Assembly: GCF_018350175.1 (NCBI RefSeq)
Contig: NC_058368.1
Span: forward strand, 116,190,001 to 116,254,000
Reading direction: 5' to 3'
DNA: 64,000 nt
DNA from: Felis catus
Lineage: Eukaryota
Of the stretch, positions 63,611 to 64,000 are shown piece after piece. Within the stretch, counting starts at the first letter, position 1. Each line of letters starts with the position of its first letter. Both the position numbers and the translations under genes were made by a program. The notes under the pieces were generated by a model, which was not told the origin of the DNA, made no database searches, and was given only the letters and a program-made list of their open reading frames with translations.

Positions 63611-63766
63611 CGAAACATGAGAAGCCCCACGATGACAAGCAGACAGACAGACGACAGCACCACAGCCACCACAGCCAGGACGGTCGTATGGTCATAAGTA
63701 TATAAGCGGTTTTCCACCGGGAGGCTCAGCCCATGGCACCTCTCTCCGTGGTAACCTGGGTGGCAG
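63611..63766 (-). CDS. HBEGF: proHB-EGF exon 4 (156 nt): C-terminal EGF loop, juxtamembrane shedding region and TM helix (CHPGYHGERCHGLSLPVENRLYTYDHTTVLAVVAVVLSSVCLLVIVGLLMF)
   Basis: aaaccag|C acceptor and TTCG|gtgagt donor; translation matches HBEGF. Confidence 0.97.
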
Positions 63767-64000
63767 CTGGTTTAAGACAGAACAAAGCAGAGAGGAGGTT
63801 AGTGGTTTGGCCTCTCTCTATAGGCAATGGCCCATCTACCTAAGCCAAACCCCAGTCCTCACAGCCTCAGTCTATCAACCCCTGACTCGATTCCTATCCC
63901 GATTCCTGCCCTTCCTCTATCCTTCTAGTAGGAATTCAGTAGAAGACTTTTGGGGAGCCCTTCTGAAGGTTCTGTGGCCTTCCTTCCCAATTCCTCACCC

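Noticed and set aside
63349..63705. 118-aa plus-strand ORF
   Set aside because: Antisense shadow of HBEGF exon 4 and intron 4.
1..64000. CRISPR-like array or tRNA genes suggested by the recurring ggggcgcctgggtggctcag motif
   Set aside because: These are tRNA-derived CAN-SINE heads, irregularly spaced with (CT)n and A-rich tails, in eukaryotic DNA.

Overview
Mammalian DNA from a cat-family (felid) genome, inferred from the dense CAN-SINE/SINEC_Fc elements; the species cannot be fixed from sequence alone. Two protein-coding genes lie on the minus strand. (1) The 5' part of PFDN1 (prefoldin subunit 1): CpG-rich promoter, coding exon 1 (35817-35849) and exon 2 (33005-33171). Its intron 2 runs off the left edge and holds a roughly 17 kb pile of nested L1s, SINEs and a U6 retrocopy. 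(2) The 3' part of HBEGF (proHB-EGF, the diphtheria toxin receptor): exon 4 (63611-63766), exon 5 (62721-62811) and the non-coding exon 6/3'UTR (about 60220-61644). Between the genes is about 24 kb of intergenic sequence with SINEs, L1/L2/MIR/MLT/MER remnants and a carnivore ERV LTR fragment. Almost all ORFs in the supplied track are repeat-derived. I found no convincing new biological system. The best leads are a candidate 36-nt poison/alternative exon in PFDN1 intron 2, an L1-in-L1 chimera lacking its second target-site duplication (TSD), a fold-back palindrome inside an L1, inverted SINEs in the HBEGF 3'UTR intron, and the toxin-binding residues and miRNA sites of HBEGF. Repeat subfamily names come from memory of consensus sequences and need RepeatMasker/Dfam confirmation.
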